A DNA stretch of 56,273 bases, the filler included, from Basidiobolus ranarum (Eukaryota), in the NCBI GenBank assembly GCA_040143965.1. It is 6 parts of 6 records of this genome, joined end to end, with 100 filler letters (N's around TTAATTAATTAA, not from the genome) between each part and the next. Parts side by side here need not be neighbours in the genome. Positions count along the whole stretch, not along the records: positions 18,831 to 28,130 come from JASJQH010000844.1; positions 28,231 to 37,514 come from JASJQH010000845.1; 4 more parts are not named here. One strand, 5' to 3'. Shown piece by piece: positions 26,006 through 37,614 of this stretch. Positions within the stretch are counted from its first letter, which is position 1, and every line of letters starts with the position of its first letter. A model generated the notes under the pieces. It was not told where the DNA came from. It saw nothing but the letters and a program-made list of their open reading frames with translations, and did not search any database. The translations under genes were made by a program, and so were the position numbers.

Positions 26006-27717
26006 TACGTGGTAACCTTGAGTGTTGGGACCGAATTCAATATTTAAAAACGAGAAGTCAAATATATGAATGTATATCGCATACCAGCAGATTAGTTGAA
26101 ATCTATCAATCTATATCTACGGAGCACCTAGCATTATTATAATGTTGCTAACTTTACATGAATGCAGTAAAGGAGGGCTTTACCAAGTTATCTAGTCGAA
26201 AAATCTTACCAAATTGGAAGGAAAAATTTACGCTGACATTTTTGAGCCATCATGCAAGGTCTGTGCTGAGTACAATTCAATGGATTTTATATCTGTTAAA
26301 AAGGAGATATATGACATAGTGTAAGGCACCTCAGCACCAAGAAATACCTGAACCTTACTCAAATGCCCTCTTTCAGCTCACGTGTCATCTCGTGATACTT
26401 ATATATCTGAATTTCCTCTTTCAATCAACTTTCTAATGATGCAACCATTTGGCTTGCCTTGAAAAGCAACTCCTCTAGATTCCATCATTTTTGAAGCGTC
26501 TTCAATGAAATTCAATCTAAATGAAAGGTGAATACTCACTAGATGTAAAGCATAGGAAGATTTGGAAGAGATATTATAAGCAGTTGTGAATTAAATGACT
26601 TTATGTTTCAAAGATCACCTAGTCTCAATAAAATCCTATCCTGTTTTCCAAAGATTCAATCTTTTCAATGTAAAGCAGCCATGAATTCATCTTCCTGAGC
26701 TTTCACTTGTTCATATCCTTTGTGACCATGATATCGTTCAGTATTGAAAATAAAATAGCAATTCCAGTTAACCCTCGATTAGCTAACTAGTCAGAACCTA
26801 GAGCCTCTAAATAAACGTTAACATTCTTATACCCGGGGTTGGTGACGGTTCAGTTATGCCATGCTTCAAAAATAAACTTGAGATTACTAGGAACACAGTA
26901 AATTGTACAAACACTACGTCAGACCTAGTCAAAGCCAAGTCTAGGTAAGTATCCTGGAATGAATATCCAAATGGTCCATTGTCATTTCCTTAGAATTGAT
27001 TCTCTCCTCATTCGAAAAATATTCACTAAACTTCTCTATGATATTATTAGCTATAAGATGAAAGTGATCATTCCATTAGGTATACACTATACATTAGGTA
27101 TACACTATAGAGAACATCGTACCTGAGGAGATACTACTTTTCCTTTACAACACAACTTTATCAGTATTTTGCCATTCCAAAATCATAAATGTCAAAAGGG
27201 TTTGCTACAAATGGGGGCAACTTTTATGAAGGTTGTTGGCTGCCCCGTATTTCAAGCATTTCTTAACGAGTGAAAATCTCAAATATCTCTGAAACATCGT
27301 ACCTGAGCCTGTTTGCTACTCGGTCTAAAATGTAAGTAACACCATTCATCATGATGTGCTAGAATGTGGGTTAGGTGGCTTAGCTGTAGTACCAATTTAC
27401 TCTTCACCTAATCACAGCAATCATTAGTTGATGATTTAATACCTTCATGCTATGGAATGTTTGGATCATAAACCGAGAATAATCTACAACAAATGCGAGA
27501 ATCGGCTACTAAAAAATACTCCTTAATATCGTCATTTTCAAATCCTATGATGATATTGCGAATCGAACTATGGTGGCTTGGTTCACATTTATTCACACTT
27601 CACACTTCATAAGCCACATTTTTCTTATAAAAGTGGACTGCAAATCTTTTTAATTCTAACATCTAACCTCTACTTCAATTAAATACTAACTCAGTAAGAA
27701 TCGTCTACTTTTTCACA

Positions 27718-28130
27718 ATGCCCAACAACCAACAATCCGGAGAACGCAGCCAACAGAATAATGAATACGAGAGAGGATTAACCAGAGGACGTGGTCAACA
27801 AAACTACCCTCACTCTCGTTATGGTCGTCAATACGAAGAGGATGAACAAAATAACGAATACGAGAGAGGTTTTAGCAGAAGACATGGCCAACAAAACTAC
27901 CCTCGTTCTCGTTATGGCCGTCAATACGAAGAAGACAAACAAGATAATGAATACGAGAGAGGCTTGAACGGTAGACGTGGTCAACAAAACTATCCTCGTT
28001 CTCGTTTTGGTTCTCATTACGAAGAACAAGACTAAGATAACCTATATGATAGAGGTATTAGCTGTAGACTTGGCCAACAAAACTATCCTCGTTCTCGTTA
28101 TGGTCGTCAATACGAAGAAGATGAGCAAGA
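27718..28130 (+). CDS. Hydrophilic 31-aa tandem-repeat protein (Q/N/Y/R/G/E-rich). In-frame TAA at the start of repeat 4; repeats continue to the contig end
   Basis: 93-bp units start at 27754, 27847, 27940, 28033 and 28126. ATG at 27718 with TATAAAA ~90 bp upstream. Confidence 0.75.
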
Positions 28131-28230
28131 NNNNNNNNNNNNNNNNNNNNNNNNNNNNNNNNNNNNNNNNNNNNTTAATTAATTAANNNNNNNNNNNNNN
28201 NNNNNNNNNNNNNNNNNNNNNNNNNNNNNN
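28131..28230. other. Artificial contig-joining linker
   Basis: N44-TTAATTAATTAA-N44. Confidence 0.98.
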
Positions 28231-29329
28231 GTGCGCGCCGCCCCCGCGGCCCCCCCCCCCCCCCCCCCCCCGCCGGGGCATATAGGCCCCGACCTCACCT
28301 ATGTCAGTGACTGACAACCACTGAATCTCAGTCTCCAAATTTAGATCGAACCCGGCCGAAATCTTTTTCGGAATGCCCCGCCAATCTTGCGGAGCCCTTA
28401 TTCGACCGAACCCCCCATCATGAATAAAGAGTGAGTTGAATGTAATATTTGCTGGATTACCATCAACATAGCTGAGCAAATAAACATACTATCCTTAAAA
28501 TCAATATATTTAGCTGCTCCTTTATTGAATCTTATACATGCATTCAGTAATGCAACCATACTATATGATACTACCAAGTAGTTTTGTGAACTAGGAAGAA
28601 TTGATGGTTTTTACCATTTGACTTATTGATTGAAAAGTCAACATATATAGTCTAGACAAGATATAAATAAACAAACATGTAGAATTTCTTACGAAAGGTG
28701 CAGGAACATATATGCCAGTTTTGAGGCCTCTGGGACAGGCTCAAAACTCATAAACAAAGTCAACAAAACTTCTGAATACAGATTAACTATCTAACAACAG
28801 AAATTTCAATGCTTTTATATCATACTGTAAGTGAAATAGCAAGCTTCCTTCACACCCTAGAAGTACATATGCTGTTATTATTCATGACTTGCAAGTTTGT
28901 AATATAACTTTTTAATATAATAGCCAAGGAGTCCAAATATTTTATTGATTCTAATTATCCCAATTCATCCCAGATAAATTGAACATAATGGAGATCTATC
29001 AGATATCCCTGTGAAAGAGAAGGTTATGAGCATCAGAGTAAACAAGAGAAAACAATGAGCAAACAGTTGGAGTACCATCTAAACTTGCAGGAACACTAAA
29101 ATTTTCAATCAATGAAGATTAAGTTGGTAAATTAAGAGTAGATAATATTGAAAAGTTGTATAGCTAAATATATGAGCATTTAAGTATATTAACAGTAAGC
29201 TTTTATATATTGAATTTAATCTAGCCTGAGTCCATATATGGTTATCTATTTAGTAGTGCACATTTCACAAAGATATGACTCATGAATCTCAATTGGAATT
29301 TACTTAAAAGTTTGTGGTTTATAATTTTT

Positions 29330-30340
29330 CAAACGTGTGCTAGAGGCCTCAAGCTTTGCCTACATGTCTGTAAGACCATCTTTAACACAACTTATGTGTT
29401 TTTTGCTCAACTCTATACATAACAAAAATTGTAGACTTTTCACTTGATAAATTAATAACAGAAAAACACCAATTCTTCTAGTTCTGCAAACCACTTCCAA
29501 AAATACTCCCAAAATTCTTCAGCATTGTAATAGAGCAATACAAAATGCCAAAGTGAATTCATTTTTGTATGAATCAATCTGTTGTTAATACATACCTGTT
29601 AAAATGATTAGACACATGTATTTTTAACATTCTAAAAATTAAGTACAGTAATTTGCAAACCATATTTTATGTTAATAGCGACATTATAAAGAAGAACATT
29701 GATAGATTTTTTCTTCCAAGAACAAGCAGTTATTTTCAGAAGAAAAAAACATTGCTTCAAGTTCATGACTTGCTCATTCCAAGTTTCTCTGTGCTCTACA
29801 TTCTTACCTTCACAACGCTCTACAGGAAGGTCTTATCAATGCTTTTGATATTAGATAAAAACTACTTCCATTTTGAGCACCAATCGAAGCAAATATCCAT
29901 CCCTTCCCGTAGCAAGTACTTAATGACTAAGCAATGTTACTGTCCTGGATGATAGCATCTCAAGAGGCTATAAACATGAACATAGTAGCAACAAATGCGA
30001 TATTGCTAATGAATTGCAATCATATTATTGGTAATAACAGTACCTGAATATTGTGTTTGAGAATGACCAATAGTCAGGTCAAGAAACAATCATATGCGGT
30101 TTTTCCCACAACTATCGAGGGCCACATAGCAGTTGTGTACATTGCTAAAAAGACCACATGGCAGAAGTATTTGGAAGATTTGGATTGATGGAAGAACTTT
30201 ACAAAAAATGGTGGTATGACTAACTTGGGACAAATAATGTATTGACCAGAAATAAAACATTTATACTTTTGGATATGAATACAGAAAGCAAATAGTAAGA
30301 TTGTTCTCAGAGCCTCTCTGGGTGTAAAATATGCTACTAT
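29330..30340. mobile_element. Decayed dispersed repeat (probable transposon remnants)
   Basis: 29330-29520 resembles the reverse complement of 37020-37220 and the same strand of ~55690-55860. About 30150-30340 resembles ~56050-56250. No intact ORF. Confidence 0.6.
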
Positions 30341-33300
30341 TGGGTCAACGTGGCTGACTTTTAAACGTCAAGCATGACATTGATAATTCCTGAGGAATTT
30401 GCACTTACTAAGTATGTTTTTCAATTCTCCAATATTTGCCTAAATAATGGTAACTAGCTTGGATGTAATGCTATAAATAGTTAGGAGTATCCAGATAGGG
30501 ATTACCAATACAATAAAGACAATAAACCGCAAAATATAAAGGCTGTTTGCTTTGTTTTCTGTTGATGTTTATAGTTTATATTATACTTGTTATATTTATT
30601 CTTGGTCTATATGCGAGTAATCCAACAATTATCAATGTTTGACCCAGAATTCCAAAATATCAGTACATTGTGGTTAAAAATAAGCCATTAGTTACTGACA
30701 TGTTTGTCTTCCTGAAACGCACGGCTGTAATTGAGTCTTTCGCCTTCTGCTTTTCTCAATAATCTTGGGTGTAGCTTCTAATTACTTCCAGAGATAGACT
30801 GAAGATGGATTGATTCAAATGACTCTTGAACCGATATGAATTATAAAAAAGTGAAGCCTTTGTAAATTGTGATCACCATGACGAAGCTCAATGACCCAAC
30901 AGTAAATGAATGCATAGATAATTACCACTGAATTTTAGTGGTTTATACTTTTTAATACAAAGTAATAACTAAGTTCTGGTAATTTAGCATAAAACATGAA
31001 TAATATCTGCTCTTGCATAATATACGTGATCCACAATATTCAACACATAATATTTCTAGCTGTAAATACGTTCTGTGTTACTTTTACCTGGTATATGCTC
31101 GGGTGAGTGTGCAATATGATAAATGTAGAAAAAAATATAATCAGTGTCATGGGTGTGAACTAGCCATGGACTCTTTCAAAAAAGATCATTCTTTTGAAAA
31201 CCATCAAGGCGACAGTTGCCAGAAACTATTCCAAACAGATATAGACAGAAGTGGGGCAACCTAATCTGGGATATAACCTGCGTATCTGTTAGTATAAACA
31301 ATCAACCGACATATCAACATAAAAGATAGGTCAAAGAATGCCTCACCCCATGTGGATCCACTGAAGACAACCGTCAATGACGCTTTCAGAATGGGATCAT
31401 ATTTCTGGAACCATGTATAATTCTTGATTCTACCTACTTCACAGAGAAGTAATACATCCATACATACGCTCAGATGCATTCATAAAAACGTTACAAGTGA
31501 TAATTGGTAAATATAGTTCTTACCTAACAATTCTTCCTGGTACATATGACTCACTGGGCTAAGTGATATAATCCGAAAGTAAATAATCCTATCACGTAGT
31601 AGAACTCTGGTCGCTGAAAAATGGAGAGTTGTATCTAGAACTGGCAACTGATCCCTCAATTTATATTAGGTACATACTTGCATCGTTAACTAGAACATAT
31701 ATGAAAGATTCATGTGATAGCTAACGTCTTGCAAGAAATCAAAGCCACTCACATATACATGGAATCCATCCCACGTATATCTATCCCACTTTGTAACGGC
31801 TCGATTCCCTGTTACAGAAGTCAACAAATATTGTTAACTCGATTGGGGTTGCTTGCAGCGTCTACAATCCCTTTACACAAAATTGAAATTACTACTATAA
31901 TTGGGTACTATCGGCCATCTTATAGATGCACATAGGCCGATAAGCATCCTTGCCATCATTTTATACAGTTAGTTGAAGTGTGGATTTCATCGTAATAGCC
32001 TGTTTGATTAACTGAGCATATCACAAATATTGATCTACCACCTCGGATAAGGAATTTGTGTTAATCGTGAATTATCAGTACAAGTCTATTAGACAAAAAA
32101 CGATCGAAATTGCGGTTGGGAACCTTCTAGCTTTTCTCTATTTTCTCAATCCTATGAAAATACTGGAACTCCTCCACACCTCTAACCTTTAAGGTTTCTG
32201 GAGAGTCCTCTTGCCACAGCTAGATACACCAAGACTTGGTAGTCCAGAATGATCGTTTAGCTCTAACCCAGACCATGCGTTTTGACTTTAAGCATCTCGT
32301 TTGATACCAGTAAAGCGTAGCACCAACTATCAATAGATCCCAAGACAACTGTTCGTGTACGGTTATCAGGTAAGAAATTGATCTAAGAACTGTGTATAAC
32401 ATGTATGTCATCATTATCATACTGTGTGCGCTTATATGACTTCATCATCAGGATAAGGATCGTCTGCATGATTTTCACCATCAAATCCCATTCTACATAC
32501 TATTGAGAAAGATAAAGCCTATTATAAAGTATCTTGCAACTAATCCCAGGCTCAACAACAATTCGTCCAAAGATTTCGAATGTTTGTGGGTGCTAATGGC
32601 TGTAGTCTAGAAATGATAAGGTGGTGTCTCAGCCTTCTTTGCCATGAGATAAACCGATTTTAATTGGTGGATACGTGTCTGGAAGGGAAGTTTGGGTAAT
32701 GATATACCTCACCGAATGATTGGCTAGTAAAAATGCATCTTTATTTTCTATTGCACCACCTTGATTTATTAAATCGTATTGGTAGTTATTAATCGTTTGA
32801 GACGCTTTGGTATCCACTTGCCAATATTGGTATGCAATAATCCCGGCCTGATTTTTTCTGAGGTCAGCGTACTATTTTGGGACATCTTACACCATCTGAA
32901 TCATGACTGGGCAGAAAATTTGGCATTCAAATTTCTGACTGTTACTCCGTCCGCTAATTGCTTTAATAAATTATTAAGCAAATCTGTCCCAATTAGGCTT
33001 GTTTCAAAACCGAACTAGCTCAATTAGCTATTTTATAAGCTTGATAATCGAAATGTCGTTCACTATGTCACATATACTCTTCCACCAATCATTTCCCGAT
33101 CACCATTGATATTTGATCAGTAGCAAACAACATTACAAGGTCAAAATTTGTAATGCAAGCCCAAGTACGTATTCACTACGCAAAAATAGGATATACCTCC
33201 AATAAACCAATCATGGCACTACAAACGCGGCCGTTCTCTAACAGTTAGACCCTCAGAGTATTCTCTCGTTGCTGGCACCTATTTAGGCCTCTTGTTAGTT

Positions 33301-34015
33301 TCACAGTTTTTTATTGGTATGAAGTTCAATGCTAAAGTCAAGTCCAGCTGTTCAAATGCTCCAAGGTCAAAATGGCCAAAATAGCTCGCACTATATATTA
33401 CCCACCCGGACGAATGCACAGGGGCTAACATGACTGTAGTAAGATAGGAATTTAGTCCGAAAGCAGATCGAATTTTCTCGATTTTCCTTTTTTTTGGGTT
33501 TCATACGAACATTTTTTATTAACCATACCATTTCAAAATCGTTGGTGTATTATGCTTGCCAAATTTGATCGCATGATGCATACGAGAAGGCCTCACTTGA
33601 CAGTGATTTTAGCAGGGTTTAGAATTTTTTTGGCATACGCTTACATACTAACAACAAGTGACGCGCAGTTGAAGAATTTATTTACAATTGAAAAATACCA
33701 TAGATTCTAAGAAATTAGTCGGAAAATAGAACGGTGTCATTTTGAGCACAAGTAACTAATACTGCTGTTTCCATTCAAAATAATGAAAGTAACAGTAATG
33801 ATTAGTTGAGAAATACCAGCCATTGGCCAAATACGATATAGTATCAAGGGAGATGTACAATCTGTGCTCAAGAGAATGGAAGCCTTCATTATGTATAAAT
33901 ATGATTCTTAAATTAAACCACCACTTGGTAAGGTAAAGTTAAAAAAGTCCGCCTTTTCTGAAATCAATCATTCTCTATGGTGAATCAAGAAAACTTCTCT
34001 ATCGCTGGAAGGGCT

Positions 34016-35033
34016 CTATTGCCTGTATGTGTTCGTAAAATAATGCACTGCGCAGCCAATAGGAAACTTGGAATTGGCATGTCGAATCACTGCTACAATT
34101 CCGTCCATAGTCGCGCTAAACATTCCTTGAACAGGGACGTCGCCATAGGGTGAGATGAAAGTGAACGTAATAGGAAGTAGCGTGTTTTGTGATTTGATAT
34201 ATGTAAGTTGTTCTTCTACTCTTTCAAGATCGTTTGGATGAATATAGCTTAAAAATGAATTCCCTAATATCTCTTTTTGACTGATACCAAACATGTAGCC
34301 CACTAGCTCACTACAGTACTGAATGTAGCAATAGTAAGAGAATCGATTTAGTACTAAGCCAACGCGTGGTTCTGCTGTTGACTCGTTGAGACGCTCTGAG
34401 GGTGGGGCTGAAGGGTGAGCAAACTCCAGTGGAGTATTTTTATGAAGATTAAGGGTGCTCTATACGGCAGTAAATTGTCAACTACGTGTTAAAAAATAGG
34501 TGCTTACATTAGATGAAAACTCACCCGGGACTCGGGAAAATTTGGTTCAATGAAATTGGAAGGGGGATCTAGGAAGAAAACCGTGAGTCGAATACTTTAT
34601 GTAAAAGGGTAAGTACGAACGATTTCAGGGTAGAATACAACATGAGAATATGAACAATATTACAAGATGAATATCAATTACCCATCCTACTTTCGAAGTG
34701 GTTAGGTCCTCTTATCAGACGACTAGTGTGAAAGATAATGTTATGGCAAAAACTCCACACTATCTCTAACTCAACCCATCCAAATTTTCCTCTAGCACGA
34801 GTATGAACTATGGCCCCCAGTCTTTGGTTACGAATACAGTCGTCAAATACACTTAAAATGCATGTCATATCATCGGGATGACAATATTCGAAGGTCGAAT
34901 TACACACCATTTCCCTCGCCTCATATCCTAACGCGTCTTCCACACTTTCCGATATGAAAATAATCTCATTTTTTCGAGTTGCTTCATGTATGCCAAAAAA
35001 GCTAATGTCTGAACAACCGTGCGGGTCACCCAT
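34016..35033 (-). CDS. Tandem PAS-domain protein (fungal PAS-only family); multi-exon, internal splice sites not fully resolved
   Basis: First PAS: IIFISESVEDALGY...FEYCHPDD. Second PAS: EPRVGLVLNRF...SFLSYIHPNDL...SATMDGIVAVIR. ATG at 35033, stop at 34016-34018. Confidence 0.8.
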
Positions 35034-36828
35034 CTGCCAATGCGCTTGAATAAACAGGATATTTACAATGGAAATCAAAATAAAACTAATGCTAAAGAGA
35101 TCAAGGAAGGAAGGATAGAAATATGAAGAACAAAAAGGGTTTAAATTAGCAGGTGGTAAAATTAGTAATTTGTCGGGTTCGCCATTTTATAGCAAATGGG
35201 TGGAATGTGACCGCATGAGACCCATGAAAATGCCAGCATAAATAAACAGGAAAAAGAGTTGATCCCCTCTTATGGTAAAACCATCTTAAACTTGTGATTT
35301 TGGATTCCGAAATAATAAACAGTAGGCTTCAAGTTTGCAGGTAACCGAAATGGCAGGCGCTTGGTCAACCCAAAAGCCTTTCGCGGGCTGGCCAGTACAT
35401 TACGGAAAGTCTGCTTTACACAACTTAGGGAGTGCCAAGTTAGAGCTGAATAAGGCTAGCTACTGGACACCAAAATCGATGAAGTTGTGCGTCAGTTGCA
35501 TCACATTGTATTCAACTCCAAGATTTGACTGATAAATCCTCATCCCTTTAATCTCAAGTTATTGGCGATTCACGAATTCTGGAGCCAGCTGAAAACAAAC
35601 AATTTTCGATAGTGACATAGCAATCGTTTAGAAAGGAATGGTGATCGTTTCACTAACGAGCCATTTGAAGTAAGATTTACTTGATTCCAAAGAAGCGACT
35701 TATTTCAAGCTTTTAGGTAGTATAACATGACTTCATGTGACATCTGCCTTCGAAAAATTTGCTTGAAAACATCTAATGGATCATTTTCACTCGGGGTAGA
35801 TGCTCTAACCACCAATCAAGTTCATCCGCACCGATAACAACAAACTATAGCAATCTTGTTGCTTGAGAAGCAGGGTGGTTGCCATGGTTACGAGAGCAAA
35901 TGCCATTAGGGAATATTTGACTGTTTTACTTCGAACGTATCATTTTTGAATCTACGCAACTCATTGTTGGGTTGCTGTGAGATTCCTTTTTAGTAATGCC
36001 TCAATACTTCGGGCATATGGGACCAATCCGATGGGAGGATTTCAGATGATGATCAGAGATATTACATACTCTGTTTATCAAAACGTTTACCTCCTCATGC
36101 ATGCAACCGAATTGGTACGGGCCAAATTTGTCGCCGAAGTGCTACTCATCAATGTATCAATTTAATATTAAAATTTTATACATGAAGTTGGCTTGATTGG
36201 TTTGGTTTTTAACTTCATGTGCAAAGTTTCTAATCTTGAGATTGTGTCGTATGAAGTAAGTGCGATATCACATTCTACTTAGCGTGACCAAATAATAGCT
36301 CTATAACACATCAAAGAATTAGTCACCCAGTACTTTTTACCTACTGTAGAATCTGTTGTATACTTTGTGAATTGCTGCCTATATCACAGTCATTATTCTC
36401 CCCACTTTCACAAATGTCACGAAAAAGGTGGGTGGGTCACAACCAAGGTAGTATACTCCATGTACACCAGTACTCATATCTGGTTTACTTTTTTCCATGC
36501 ATTTTGCAAATGATAAAATCTCTACATTTGTCAATATATTGACCTAGTATTAGGCCTGCAGGAGCAGTTTACACATTACTAAGGTCATACCACTACTCCT
36601 GGGGATACTCTTTCCATTTATATTCATTACAGTTGGTGAGTTTATCATGAGTTGAACATGTCTTTTGTACGCATATTAATTAATGTTGACAACAATTCTA
36701 CCAATTTTCTATTCCAAGATAAGAGCAATTGTCATTGCTTTAGCCATTAAAGTCATATGCACTTACTATTTATATGTACGAACATCAATCTACTCAGGCT
36801 GAAATCAGCTGCAAGTTGAAGGATATAT

Positions 36829-37374
36829 TGTTGAAATAAGCATGGCCTAAACATCTGTATAGTCATATATAGCTTAGTAAGGAGTTGTTCCATATCTCAC
36901 TAAAATATCAAACACTATTTAAAAATGAAATTTACTTGGACTATTCTTACCCACTTAGATGTTCACAGCTAAATTGATCTTTCAAACTTTGGATAAAAAC
37001 CCCAAACTCTACACATATGTTTCAGAAGTTGAAGTATTTAGGAGCCTGTTGGAAGGGGTTTGGAGAATTAGAGAAATTAGTGGTATTCACTTGTGATTAA
37101 TTGAGTAGAAAGTTGACATTGGTAGTTTTGTCCAAATGTAAGCAAAATAACATAAATAATGTGTTAAGAAAGGTCTCACAAACATGTGTGCAACGTTTGG
37201 GGCTTCTAGAACCAGTTTGAAAAATCTCTATATCTAAGAACTTGTAAGCTGGTATAAAGTATTCCAAGTATATACCAACTGAGAATGATAGATAATATCT
37301 TGGTGAAATATAAGGTAACTAAGTACCAAGCTATATATAACTATATAGGTGTTTAGGCAATGCTAATTTCAACA
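36829..37374. mobile_element. MITE-like / non-autonomous element bounded by long imperfect inverted repeats
   Basis: 36829-36879 versus the reverse complement of 37324-37374: 45/51 identical by manual alignment, with weaker similarity out to ~80 bp. Both the arm and the interior have relatives on other contigs. No clear target-site duplication. Confidence 0.6.
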
Positions 37375-37514
37375 CTCCCTTAACTCAATAGTCATATAAA
37401 CTAATCCTAAGGAAGGTCTAAATTTCTCAAATTTCTGTCTAGCTAATGGTTTGGTTAATATATCAGCAATCATGTCTTCTGTAGAACAATAAGTTAAGTC
37501 AATAAACTTATACT

Positions 37515-37614
37515 NNNNNNNNNNNNNNNNNNNNNNNNNNNNNNNNNNNNNNNNNNNNTTAATTAATTAANNNNNNNNNNNNNNNNNNNNNNNNNNNNNN
37601 NNNNNNNNNNNNNN
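37515..37614. other. Artificial contig-joining linker
   Basis: N44-TTAATTAATTAA-N44. Confidence 0.98.

Noticed and set aside
26300-26760. Possible decayed coiled-coil gene on the minus strand
   Set aside because: Too fragmented; no consistent frame or family.
27754-28130. CRISPR-like array from conserved GGTCAACAAAACTA blocks with variable intervals
   Set aside because: The whole 93-bp unit is homologous and in frame, so it is a coding tandem repeat.
28183-28479. 98-aa ORF ending in poly-Gly
   Set aside because: Arises from the poly-C run and the linker Ns; no ATG start or coding signature.
29460-29560. MULE transposase motif (EEFWEYFWKWF)
   Set aside because: The homologous copy near 37030 does not keep the F..YF residues, so the superfamily cannot be supported.
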